Counted from the stretch's first letter, positions 19,014 through 31,577 are shown. The stretch: 32,000 bases of DNA from Wallemia ichthyophaga EXF-994 (GCF_000400465.1 NW_008806274.1:540244-572243); one strand, 5' to 3'. The notes: generated from the sequence alone by a model not told the origin. Program-made: numbers and translations.

Positions 19014-20210
19014 ATGAGCAGACATCGCTATGTTAGAAATATGAATTTAGATGGTTAGTTATTCGAATTGCCAGTTTCATTCTTAATTTCAACCTCAAAG
19101 ACGAACTCGACGACGGTGGTTTCAGCGATGAGTACGATGACGACACTCAAGATCAAGTAGTTTATGGTGTGTACTGGGTTTATTTCGCTCACTCCTACTC
19201 ATCACACACGCTGCAGAAGGTATCACAGAAGATCAACTTGATCAATTATACGCTGGTTTAGACAGCATACGCGATTCTATCCCTGATTCTACCTCCTCTG
19301 ACCGTGAAGTCAAGGACGCCTTGTGGTACTTCTACTTTGATGTTGAGAAATCCCTTAATTGGATTCTCGGTACGTCATCATCCCCTATTCAAACGCATAC
19401 AGCGCTCAATTACTTGCAGAAGAATCCTCTAGACGCGCAGACGCTCAGCGCAAAAAGAAGGAGAAAGGTGAGCTCTCTTCCCTCCCACTCGACCCGCATC
19501 CGTCCAACTATCCTACTCTTCACCTAGATGAGGCGCCTCTGTCAGCACTTAAAAGGCTTGCGATTGCACGCCAGTCAAAGTCACAGCCATCGTCGTATCA
19601 GCGCCAGCACATTCTCTTCACTGGAAGAGGCAGGGCGCGTGTACCCCTGCCTTTTGATGTAGAGAAAGCTATCCATGTGAAACCTGATAGGAAGGTGTCT
19701 ATGGTTTCTGAAAATGTTGCCGAACAACAGCGATCGCCGACATCGCCTACTGCTCCTTCTAAACCTATGTCCAAGTTGGCGGCTATGGCAGCAACTAGAA
19801 GGCAGCAACAGCAACCGCAGCAGCCTCAGCAGCCATCCACACCTACAACCTCTAAACCACACTCGCACACCTCTGATGCATCCACCAAACCGCTCTCAAA
19901 ACTACAGTCAAAAGTCCTTCAAGCACGCGCAGCTCCTCCGCCAGACCAGCCACCACCACCGCCACGCGAGCTGACTCAGGCCGAGAAACTTTTCATAGAG
20001 CTCGACACTAATATAGAGAAGAACACTCCCTCTGAAATTGGCAACGTCATTATTAAAGCAACATCAAAACCCCATGAACATCACCTAGCCTCAGAGGCTA
20101 ATTTGTGGATATCTCAAAAAGGTGCATTCGACGGACCCAGTCCAGACGATGTTGTGCTTTTGGCTCGCAAAGGCACAGCCCTCGATAGTGCAGACAGAGG
20201 CTCTTCGTAG
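19014..20210 (+). CDS. SKI7: Predicted Ski7-like short isoform of the HBS1 locus; exons 1-4 plus 19528..20210; 329 aa, no GTPase domain
   Basis: The proximal acceptor CACCTAG at 19527 is in phase with the donor at 19468. The 683-nt open exon ends GAFDGPSPDDVVLLARKG..stop, resembling the exosome-binding PSPDD motif of Ski7/HBS1L short isoforms. Confidence 0.65.
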
Positions 20211-22073
20211 ACACCACATCTTTATTCCCTTACTATACCCTGTCCGACCCCCTTTATTACAATAAATATTAATAATACTCCAGAACAGAATCGCACATCC
20301 AAGCCAAACTCCAAGGCATCCACTCCCACCCCAGGCACACCTCGGAAAGAGTTTGCAAATCTCAGCAAAGATGTTAGCAATCTCAAAATCTCAGCCAACA
20401 GCACCCCGGCGCCATCGCGCCCATCAACACCACAGATTCAAGAATCGAAGAAGCTAATCCCGCGTCGAGAATTGGTAGAGAAAGTGCAGAAGACGCTCAC
20501 CAGCGACATAAGTCTGTGTGTAGTTGGGCATGTTGATGCAGGTAAATCAACTCTCCTGGGTCGACTGCTTGTCGAGCTTGGTGAAATGACAGACCGTGAA
20601 CACGAGAAAAATGCGCGTAATTCCGACAAACAAGGCAAATCTTCTTTCGCATATGCATGGGCAATGGACGATCTTGTAGAGGAGCGTGAACGAGGTGTGA
20701 CACTGGACTATGCTGTGACATCCCTGCGCACCAAGGACCGTTTACTGCATATAGTTGATACTCCAGGACATTCGCATCTTGTTCATAATATGATCTCCGG
20801 CGCGCAGCAAGCGGATGCTGCTCTGCTTATTATCGATGCTCGTCATGGCGAATTCGAGAAAGGGTTCTCGGAAAGAGGTCAGACTAGAGAGCATGCCCTG
20901 CTCGTGCGCAGCCTTGGTGTAAGGGAGCTTGGTGTGGTCGTCAATAAGATCGATGCGACAGGCTACTCACAGCAGCGGTTTGACTTCATCACAGACTCGC
21001 TTAGACCATTTCTTATCAAGAATGGTTTCAATAAGGATCGCATTCAGTTCGTTCCGTGTGCTGCTATGACAGGCGAGAATGTTACGAAACGGTCAAATGA
21101 GTCGCTTTGTGGGTGGTATAAGGGTCTTACTGTCGCTCAGGTTTTGGGTGAGTGTAGTTGTATACAGGTCTAGCCGCCCTATACTCATTGCTCACACATA
21201 CTCATTGCAGACCACCTTGAACCCCCTCAACGTCCCCTAGAAGCCGGGTTGCGTTTGCCTGTTCATAACATCTTCAAGGGCCAAACTGCAATAGCAAGTG
21301 GGGTAGGTGTCACTGGTAGATTGTGCGCTGGTGTGGTGCAGGTTGGTGAAAAGGTTAGATGCATGCCGGGAGACGAGCATGCTATTGTCAAAAGTAGGTT
21401 TGATTGAGTAGACGATTTCTTTCTAATGAACCAAAGTGATCGAGGTGGACGAGGAACCAGTGCCATACGCCGCTGCTGGTACCAATGTCACGCTGTATTT
21501 GGCGAATATTGATCCAATTCACCTGAGGTGGGTGCAAATCTTGCACAGCGTATTCCGCTCATTTGGCATAGTATTGGCTCTGTTCTTTGCTCACCAACCG
21601 ATCTTGTCCCACTAGCAACACGCTTTGTTGCACAGATTCTGCTCTTCGATACACACATCCCTATCCTACCAGGAACGACTGTGGGTAGCTATACTTGTTC
21701 CAATCCTCCTTAACACACCCCAAGTTTGAGATGTTCCTGCACTCAATCAACACTTCAGCCAGTGTGACCAAATTAATTGAAACAGTGGACAAAAATACAG
21801 GCGCTGTACTTAGATCCAAACCGAGGTTTGTTGCTTAGACATTTACTTCCTCTCCTAACACCCAGACTAAGGGTCCTCAGTGGAAATACAGCAGCACGTG
21901 TAGAAATGGCGGTTGGATCAAGCTCCCTCACATCGCAATCGGGCAGTGGAATGCCTTCTAGCAATCTCATTGCGATTGAAAAATTCAGCTCTAATAAGGA
22001 TATGGGTAGGATACTGCTCCGTCACGAAGGCGAGACAATAGCAGCTGGTATCATAATCGATCATATTCGTTAA
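19014..22073 (+). CDS. HBS1: Hbs1 translational GTPase (ribosome rescue); exons 19014..19053, 19101..19166, 19217..19369, 19420..19467, 20284..21147, 21211..21393, 21437..21527, 21572..21680, 21725..21825, 21866(or 21872)..22073; about 620 aa
   Basis: N-terminus MSRHRYVRNMNLD; HBS1_N segment VKDALWYFYFDVEKSLNWI; G1 GHVDAGKST, ERERGVT, G3 DTPGH, G4 NKID; EF1A-like domains II and III ending GRILLRHEGETIAAGII. All splice phases were checked. Confidence 0.9.
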
Positions 22074-22173
22074 AACTAATGGTCTATTCATGTAGATGTA
22101 TAAGATAGGCAGTTAAATACACAAAATCTGTTCTACTTTACGTGTATGGCTCAAGCTAATAAGTCTAGACAGT

Positions 22174-23813
22174 TCAGTCGTATACATCGACGTAGTGCTC
22201 TTCGTTGACGGTGCAGCTGCAATCTTTAGGTTTCTTGCCATTGAAGAATCCCATGGAGTGCTTTTCCATACAACCCATTGTGTCTGGTATGGCAATGCCA
22301 GGGGTAGCGGTGTGACCGTAACCATTCTTGATTGTGAGCAGTCCAGCGTTCTTCTTGCCGACCAAGTCTTGGAATTGGTGAGCCTGCTCAAGTGGCAGGA
22401 TTGGATCGTAAACGTTGGCAACCAGCAAGAACTTGTTAGCAAAGTCGATGCCGCTGAAGTCGGTCAAGCGAGGCTGGTCGAATGTGCCATTGGGGTATAA
22501 TTGACACGTGAAGCCTGATTGGTATAAGTATTGGCTGTAGAAGCGCTGAGTAACTTCGTTGTAGGTGTCTTTCATTGCATTTATAGCATCGTCTACTGTG
22601 AAATCTTCTATCTGGACATCAGCGCAGTTAATAGCTTTGATTGCATCGCCTCTCGAGCTGCTAATGCCACCTTTAGGGCCATATGGAGATGGTAAAAGCG
22701 AGGCAGCCTGCTTGATTCTGCTGAATGCTGTCCCCCATGTTGGTGGTACGTAGAGTGCGCTGTAGATATCTTCAACTGCACTCGTACGAGTTGAGTAGAT
22801 AGAGTTGATAACCGGATCATTGTTGTCGTACGCCATTGCAGTAAGCGCGTCAATGTACTCCTTGGTGATACCCTGAAATGGACATTCTTCCGTCTGTTGG
22901 CAACTCTCTACCATCTTGTCAAACACGCTATCGGTCGATGTCAAGTATGACGGGATAGCATCGAGGGTATCAGTGTTTGCTCTGACGCTTGGAGACATGA
23001 TTCCATTGAGGAGGAATTTGCCGACGCGATTGGGGTGTTTCACTGCAATACCCAAACCCAAGAACGAACCATAACTTTCTGCGAACAAGTCAACAGGCGT
23101 GTTAGATGCCTCGACCAGCTTATCGAAAACGTATACCATGTCATCTGCCGAGAAGTATGTACCGAGATAGGCAATGTGGGGAGTGTTGTCAACACATGAC
23201 TGCATATATTCCCTTTCCGCGTCGTAATAGTTTTGAAGTTGTGTGCGGAAGAGTGGAGTGGTTGTTTCGTCGAGCTTTGGTGGTACATCTGGGAAATTGT
23301 TTCTGGGGCCAGAGTCACTAGTGTTGCACATGACCTTGAGACCTGATTCCCCAGATCCACGTGGATCGACGCCGACCAAGATATAATCATTTGGCACGAG
23401 CTTATACAATAAGTCAGCAGATGCTTCAATTCCGCTGGTTCCAGAGCTAGCTGATGCTATGGCGGGTCCTCCAGCGTTGAAAAGTACGTGTCTTGACTTG
23501 AGTGCATTTTCGTTGCTCTTGTTCCAAACTTTCTTTACGTAGAGCCCGAACGTTCCAATTGATGGGTCATCGTGGTCAATAGGAGTGCTGGTGAGTGTGA
23601 GCGGTTTTGACAAAGGATATTCAAGACACACTCTATAGTTGCACATTGTGCATTGTATTTGTCATTAGTTGAACAGTCTTGCCAGTTAATTGAATAATCA
23701 CGAGCCTATCAAGGTTTTGTTAGCTTGAAGTCTCACTGCAATATTAAAGCAACACTCACCAGCGCAACGGTTGTTCCCATAAGAAAGAGTGCGAGTTGAA
23801 GTAAGTGGACCAT
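22174..23813 (-). CDS. Secreted alpha/beta hydrolase (TAP-like, peptidase S33-related); exons 23813..23760, 23705..23632, 23587..22174; 513 aa
   Basis: Signal peptide MVHLLQLALFLMGTTVAL; W.DC..CATIDTPIDH; LFNAGGP; GVDPRGSGES; nucleophile elbow AESYGS; LLVANVYDPILP (Asp); GYGH (His). Confidence 0.85.
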
Positions 23814-24446
23814 GTTTCTATCTGTCTTGTTTATGTTCTACAAAATAGATGAAGAAAATGTACAAAGGCTTAGCGGCCGAGGTCTATGCATGAATTTGAA
23901 AATCGAAAATTTTAGGCAGGGGAGTGAAAATTCGTTAGGTCGGGCCGATAGCATCAGTTTAATTAAATGACAGATAGCAATACCTTTAAATCAACTTATA
24001 AGTAAAATTAGAGAGAAAATATTCATTATATCCACTTCCAAGGAACAAAAAGTGTACAAAGAAAATGAGCGAGTGTTAGATAAAACAAACCAATCCAGGT
24101 TCGAATTGTAAGAATGACGGCTTTTGTCCTTCCTTAGCCTTAACTTGTTTTAGCTTGTTTCAATTTGTTTCAAATTGTTTCGGCTTGATTCAAGGTTGTT
24201 GATTTATGAGGTATGTAGGGTAGTGTCAAGTTGAGTATCAATACGTTGGAGTTGAACAGATTATTGAAAAGAAAGGATTTCGATCGTAATTTATTGTAAA
24301 AATCTTGAGTGTTCAAGATAGTTGTATGCAAGCTCAAGTAGAGAAATTGGATGATGCAGCAAATAAGTTTTGTGGTATATATCGGAGTGCAAAAACCGAA
24401 TAATAATTATCCCCTTATTCAGTAAATCGTAAATGAAATTTGGTGT

Positions 24447-27400
24447 TTACTTTCGATCGCTCAGTGGACCTAAATCTACCCAACTCACTCTAGGTGCTGT
24501 TGATGAATTTTGTCCTAAGGTTTGTCCTCCTGATCTTTGCCTCATATGCCCTGGTTCTCCATTCATTGATTCGAACGCTGACGTATGCGCAAGTGGTTCG
24601 AATGATTCTGATGGTGTAAACGGTGATGCTACTGAGTAAGATGAACTATCTGGCGTTTCAGAACCAGAGTTTATAATCGCTGATTTAAATTTAGACATTC
24701 TTGCATCTCTCTCCTGCTCTTGTACGAATGCAGGTATGGCGTTCCCTGCAATAGATTGTCTCGAAGGCAAGAACCAAACAGACTGTGGCCTGTTCTCATC
24801 GAAACCTTCGTTGAGCAATTCTTCCATTGCATTAGCATCATACTCTCTTCCACCACCTTTCATCAACAGATCATGTGCAGGTGTGAGTCTTGAAGCTGGA
24901 GGTGGATGTTCGCTATTAAACTCATTATAGTTACCAATTTCTTCACCCCACTTATCTTCTTCACCGTATGAGCTAAGAGATGTGTTATCGCTCTCCGCGT
25001 AGTCTGTTGAATCTGGATGTAACGAATCTGGTGGATTGAGATCGTTGTAGAATGCTCTTTGACCGAATGCTTTTTCATATTCTTTTCGTGTCCTCTCCTC
25101 TCGTTTCGTTTTGCGCAAGCGAGAACGTTCCCAATCTTCCCACCTGCGTAATGGTATATTCACAGTAAACAACTCTTCCTTATCGTCATGTGCCACACTC
25201 TTTGCTTCACCTTCAACTTTACGAGTTTCACCCCAGGAAAAGTCATCAAAGTGCCAGAATGAATACACAGGCAACACCAAATTCCATATCGGCAGAGCGA
25301 TAATGTAGATAACCATCCAACCAATGTAGACAATCTTGAAATTTGTGATAAGAATGAGAATTGCAGGTAAACCAAGAACAGCACAAAGCATCATGAGTGG
25401 AATTGCATCAGCAAATTGAGTAGGTGGTGTGATAATTGAGTTGATGATTAATGCCAATGAGAGGAGGATAGCGATTGGAAGAACGACGGTACCGATAAGA
25501 TCCATGAGAATCACGAACTGCATCGAAAAGCAGAAGGTACCACATCTTAGTGAAATGTCAACTTTGCTAATGCAACTCAAGAGTCACTTACAAGTTCCTA
25601 ACCAATACCAACTCCATCAAGTTATGTACAGTTGAGTTGATCCAGCGACGGCGCTGAGATAGCAAAACCTTGAACTCGTCCGGAGCGATGGTTCTACAAC
25701 GTGCAGATGGACAGAACATCATTTTGCGGTTAGGGAAGGTTCTTAACATCATTGTTGACAAGAATCTGTCTTCACCAAGTAAGAGAAGATTCTTTTGATG
25801 CAAAGTTTGAACGTCTGTTTGACTATACTGCTCTACTATGTCTGGTTTTACTATGAGTGGTACCCAATCGTCTTCCTCATCACGTCTAGCCTTGATACGA
25901 TACATGGAGAAACAACCTGGTAAACAAGTAACACCACCGAACACACTCTCGAATGCCTAAATTGGGTTTAGTTCGCGAGATCAGTCTAACATAACACGAC
26001 TCACTTTGACCATGTGATGGGAGATGTAGTACTCGAATACCTGTATCCAAGTAACCCAGCTAGCCCGTTTGTTTTCCAATCTAGTTTCACCACAAACACC
26101 CATAATCAAGTTATCGTGCTGCATGCATAGAATCAACTTGGTGAGTGCGTCAGGAAAAATCTTGGTATCAGCATCAATCATGAATATTGTTTCAAAGTAG
26201 TCAGGCGTAACGCCCATCAGAGTATGAATCTTTCTGAATAAATCGTAATCTAATGGTGTCATACGATCGTTGTATGTAACTCTAGAGAAGAAGTTCATGA
26301 GAACTATCTGAGAATCTCTTTTTCCTCTGTTTCCAGGCTTTGAAGCAGAGGCAGCCTCATCTTCAGTACCGCACTTTACCAACACGATTGTAGGAGTTCT
26401 GTGACCATTCTTTGATTTGTAATGTCCAGCATAAATCATAGCTCTATTTTCCTGCTTCTTGCCACCACCAACGGCCAAGTAAGCCATTGGCATTGGATTA
26501 CCGAAACGTGGATCTGGCTCAATCATACTGACGCAAATATCAGGGGTTGACATTTTTTCACCGTGCCCAGTGATCATACCATCTGCGACAATGAAGATGA
26601 GTTTGCGCTGGTCAGAGTAGTCACTAGCGGATATTGATTCCACTGTCGTTGCAATACTATCATGGCCCTCAGAGTAGCATGTAATGAGGCAGCATGTATA
26701 CAGCTCTGGACCAACACGTGCAGCCGAAATGATAGGATCATCTGGGACCAATGAGCGGTACTTGGCATCCTTGGCAGCCTTCTTACTTGATTTTGGCTCA
26801 GCACCATCAGAAGCCCAGGGTGCAGTTCCTTTTTTGTTGTTAACGCTGATGTTTGCACCTGAAGGCATAACAGATGGTGAAACAACGGATCTGGACATGT
26901 TCTTTGGAGGCTCGGTGAACTTCTTGGCTAGATACCAATTAAACAGGCAAGCCATAATGAAACGAGCCAAGACGACACCAAGGATAATAATGAGTGCAGC
27001 GTAGAGGAATAACTTGGAAGCGAAACAGCCTGGGGACATGTGATCGATTTGTCCAGCTTTGTAACGCTCGTGGAGACAAGGGACTGCATCCTTCAAATCT
27101 TTCGTATTGTAGAACATTTTGGTAGCATCTTTGCCGCCACTTGTATCAACCTTAAAGAGGACCTTACGAATAGCCTGATCAACAGGGTCATCAGGAATCG
27201 GCGACATCTGGCGATTCAAATATGGTGTCAAATTAAGTACAGTACCTCCAATGACCATCATGTTACGTTTGGCGGTTACATTCGACCAAGAGTAGCCAGA
27301 AAGGGTGTGGTCGGGTACCAGACCAAGACTGGATATGACTGACTCTGTCGGAGGGTCGAATGAACATTCAGAACCTTTAGAACAGGTGTTGATGGTCGCG

Positions 27401-28022
27401 TACGGGGCTTTGTCATCATTGCAGTTTTCTAAGGTACCACGACGGAAGTAATTTGTCATATCAATACCGGGTGAGCCTTCGCCCATGGCCTTGAAATCAG
27501 GATTATGAGCAGTTGCATTTTCTGTTAGATAGTTCTTCCCAGCAATCGAGACAGTACCAAACTTCATACCGACTCTTTCGAATTTGGTGTCCATAGTTCC
27601 CTCCGAAGACGGACAAAGAACTCTATCAACGCCCATACATATGAAGCCGACGATCGCAGCTAAGGAAGCGCAAATCAAGCAAAGTGAAACCTTTTCACGC
27701 CATGCCTGTCTCTTTGCTGGCGTGTGGACGAATAACTTAAGCAGAGGATCAGGTATATAGAAAGTGAGAGCGATGGCTGTATAATGCCAGGGACCCTTGT
27801 TCATTTCTGCGGGCTGCGTTAACTGGATACTCCGAGAGCGGATTACTGCGTACCGATGGAAGGGCCACCGGGCTTGACCAAAGGGGTAACTGGGGGAGCT
27901 CTTTCATGCTTAGTGAGTGTGCGCGATCTGCCAATCGTCGTGTTCTGCCTATGGTCAAGCATGCCGGTGCCAGAACTAGAAGCTCTTATCGCTGTCGATC
28001 TTGGTCTCAAGTTGTCTGCCAT
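24447..28022 (-). CDS. Chitin synthase, division 2 (class IV/Chs3-like, with cytochrome-b5-like region); exons 28022..27854, 27806..26005, 25956..25592, 25545..24447; 1144 aa
   Basis: RSRTLTK.ER N-terminus; QAWREKV; ITCYSEG; [11 protein letters not shown]; MIDADT; VCGET; [11 protein letters not shown]; LGEDRFL; QRRRWINST; LCGTFCFSM; [12 protein letters not shown]. No myosin motor domain. Confidence 0.95.
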
Positions 28023-28231
28023 TGAAGATGTAAACGAGTGTGTAAGAGCGTCGCTGGCTCAATTTTCTGATTTGACGTCGTCGTCGTGAGTGATGAGGTC
28101 AATTCTCGAACAATGCTTAGCGGACTGCACGGACGCAGCAGGTAATTCAAAAAATATAAATTTTCAAGTATACAGTCTAATTATCTTAATCAGATTTCTT
28201 TACATAACGAGCCATCTCGCTATTCCGCCGT

Positions 28232-28557
28232 CTAGTGGTGCTCCTCATCGTGGTCGTGTTCGAAAGGCAGATGCCATCCCTGAGTGCCTGCGTTAGCTGA
28301 TAGCCTGGAATCATACATCTCTCATCTCACAAGCATATGTGGTAAATCTTGGCTGTAAACGCTTATCAGCGCAGCTTTATAAAGCCAACAGAAACTCACC
28401 GTGCTTTGTAGAAAACCCAGAACCACATTGATGCCCCTAAAGCGGTGCTTGCGAATCTATGGAATGCTGGTGGAGCATGGAAACCTGGCCAACGTCTGTG
28501 TGAGCTATCCATCTCTTATATAATAAACCATTAAATACCTCTTGGACCGCCTGCCAT
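28232..28557 (-). CDS. NDUFB2: NADH:ubiquinone oxidoreductase accessory subunit NDUFB2 (AGGG); exons 28557..28539, 28484..28400, 28352..28331, 28279..28232; 57 aa
   Basis: The spliced product MAGGPRGFHAPPAFHRFASTALGASMWFWVFYKARQDLPHMLGWHLPFEHDHDEEHH has the LGASMWFW..Y.A..D....LGW..P pattern of the family. Three GT-AG introns (54, 47 and 51 nt) keep the frame. The acceptor of intron 1 is the least certain. Confidence 0.85.
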
Positions 28558-28656
28558 TGTATTTCTGTTTATTTCTTATCAGCGCTACTCACTTGCCGCT
28601 CCCAGCCACTCACTGTCGATGGGAAGTTGGGAAAACCCGTCATATAGAAATCTCAA

Positions 28657-28673
28657 ATATATATATATATATA
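28657..28673. repeat. (AT)8 microsatellite between the PTP stop and the NDUFB2 start
   Basis: atatatatatatatata. Confidence 0.9.
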
Positions 28674-28681
28674 AAATTACA

Positions 28682-31577
28682 TTAACAATTCTCGTTCTTT
28701 ATCTCATTTAATACTCCGGCAACGAGTGCTGAATACACGTAAACGTACTGACGAAGCGTGGATACCATTGACATTCTCTGCTCGCGTAAATCTTCCACGA
28801 CATCGCAAACTGGTTCATGCAGCCCTTTAATAACACCACAGTGCTGGTGCTCTGGCTTTTCTCCATCCAAATTTGCGGCTTTGAGACTGTCACCAACGTC
28901 CCCGGTCTCACTCACACCAGAAGCTTGCGAAGACATGCTTGACAACTTGCCTCTAAGTTCGGTTGGAGGTGAAGGTGGTCCGAAGGGGAAGTCCACTTTT
29001 TGACCAATGTTGCTAGACGATGTTTGTCTTTCAACTTGCATATTAACATCATTATGTTGATCCATATCAGTGCCATCCTTGGAAGTTGTACGCCTATCTC
29101 CAGCAACCTTCTTTAGACCCGGCCTCAACATATCCACTTGCATATCGTCACTGCTAATTTTCTGCGATTTAGAGCCTCTTCTGCGTAGTTTGCTCTTTCG
29201 TTCGTCTCTTAATAGATCAAGCATTGTGTCAAGAGCAACATATGATCCTGTTCGACCAACGCCTGCACTACAATGTACGACTATTGGTCCCCTATGCGAG
29301 TCGTATAACCCGTTGACATCCGCTATCATTGGCAAAAGTGCATCCGGCAGCGTAGGTGTGTCAAAATCCGGCCATCCAAGATACTGATATTGTGTGATTA
29401 TTTTCTCCTGTCGTAATTCACGATTCTTCAACATAATGGTCCTCTTTACGTACGTAGTCTCATACTTTTCCTTGTTGGCATCTTCAGTTGAGCTCTGTCT
29501 TCCAATAAATGATTGCTTTGAAGATGTATTCTTTTCACCGCTTTCATTGCCTTCATCTCCCTCAGTCGTAAGAACCTGGATTTCGATTTCGTCAAGAACT
29601 CTGTTGGCCCAATAGCGGCAGCACTTGTCAAGGCCACCTTCACGCTGCTTTGTGAGCCTTCAAAATGTCAGTATGCTCGTTATGCTATCAATGCTACTCA
29701 CATAACGATCAAAGCGACATCCTGCTCCCAGCATACCTGCCAGAAGTCTTTGAGTGTAGACTCCATTGGCCCTTGCGTAGCAATATAGCGCTTGGTGTGA
29801 TGCATAAGATCCTTACGAGCTTCCCTGATAATAGGAGTTTTATCACTTTCGCCAGCAGCATGAGGTGGTGCCGGACCTGTGTACAATGGTGAGGGAGCGA
29901 AACCGTCATTCTTGTCGAAACCAAACCCAGGCAGAACATGATTAGCGTTTACGTAATCATTGCCGTCACTATCTTCAGGATCTCTAAGCTTGACACGGGT
30001 GTGCTCAAATGGATATATGTTTCTGTATCTGTTCTTATGACCCAGCTCCACACCTGCACCGATACTGTATCTATCAATCTTACGAGCTTTGCCTAGGTGG
30101 AAAGTATCGTCGCGCTCTTTGCTACCCAAGGATTTCGATTGATTGCCATTTCCGTCAAGAGTCTGGGAATTGTTCGAAAGCCAGTCAAAAACTTCCATCA
30201 TTCTCTTTTGCTCGGTCCTTTCCAGTCTGTAGAACTGATAAGCCAATTCATCGTTGGCTTGCTTCTCAGACATGTCGACAATTCTTCTGAGGAAAGTTGG
30301 AAGCTTGTAAGAATTCCGTCTACTTTCATCTGAGATAGACATAGAAATACGCTCATGAGACATTCCATTTGCGAGCTCTCTATTCTGTCTAACGCTGTCA
30401 ACTGTAGACGTGTGAGTTTAATTATAGTCGAATAGCCGCAAAAGTATTTACAGAAAGGATTAGCAGCAAATTTATCACCACTGTGGCTACTATGCGGATT
30501 GCGAGGACTAGCTTTATTTGTAGTGGTAGAAACACCTTGGAAAGCTGCAAAGGGTAGGTTGCGTGGCTGAACGAAGGAGTTTTCGCCCTTAGGCGTACCA
30601 TCTGTATTTTGACCTTCTGCGAAGCCGTTTGATTTTGGAGTAGTCTCCACTGGTGCATCTTTTACTTGCGTGTAGGCAGCGAAACCGCCTGATATGTACT
30701 CCAATGAAGCACTAGCTCCGGCGTTTTCAAACTTCCTAAATACACCCAGCAATGCAGCGGGCGTGCCTTGCATACCTTCTCCGACGTAATTAGTGTCAGT
30801 GTCGTAAACAATGATAGTCTTTGCTTTCCTGTAAGCCTCAAGCTTACTTCTATCATGAGGATCTGGAACCATCTGAATGATTTTGTCGAGGCTGAAAATT
30901 GGACGTCTGAGCAATGTTGATGGAAGACAAATGCTAACTGCGCCTGGAATGCGAGAAGTAGAAAATGCAGTGTACGATCTAATGTCTACGATTAAAATTT
31001 CCTCCTTGACCGCATCTGGACGCTGATTGATGACGTCGACTAGATTGTGGAGTTCGGTGTGGCGTATGTTATTGGATTTGTGATTTGTGAATGGGGGAGC
31101 GCTATTAGAATTGTTTCGAGGGAGTGGTGGATTTATGGGCCCTTTCAATTGAAAGGGAGGCGGTCCGCCCAGCTGTGCTGGTAACGGACTCGGAGAAGCT
31201 TTCTTATGAGCAGGGCCATTATCCTTAAGACCAGCTGAGCTGGCATCTCTAGAAAGGCTGCTGTGTCTTCTGAGATTGCTTCTATCCCCGATCGCCTTCT
31301 CGAACTCATTGAGAGAGTGATCTTCGGCAACTGGACTCGATGAGCCACTACGCTCACCACGATTGGGTGATATATAGTTTGATTTGCCGAGATTCTGAAG
31401 CTGTGGCGTGAGTGAGGTTCTCCGCTCCACCTTCTGCGGGCTCAACTGCGTTTGTGATCTGCCGAAGCCAGGTGGGCTGAATGGATCTGGTTTTTCTAGC
31501 TCATGCGTTGGCTGCGTTACAATGCTTGTGTGGTTTGAGCCGAAGCGTTCTTCTAGAGCCTGCTCAAAAGTGGTCAT
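28682..31577 (-). CDS. Rhodanese/Cdc25-homology plus classical protein tyrosine phosphatase (Ptp2/Ptp3/Pyp-type MAPK phosphatase); exons 31577..30452, 30401..29702, 29657..28682; 933 aa
   Basis: ILIVDIRS..RIPGAVSICLPSTLLRR (rhodanese-like); NPFFDSVRQN across intron 1; KNRYRNIYPFEHTRV; YVNAN; YIATQGP; IVMLT across intron 2; WPDF loop; P-loop VHCSAGVGRTG. Confidence 0.92.

Noticed and set aside
19359-20210. Track ORF (283 aa) as an independent gene, or HBS1 as a pseudogene
   Set aside because: It begins inside an HBS1 exon/intron and is explained by in-phase splicing from the HBS1 N-terminal exons.
24098-24106. GGTTCGAAT, a tRNA T-loop/B-box-like motif
   Set aside because: There is no acceptor, D or anticodon stem in the flanks and no A-box.
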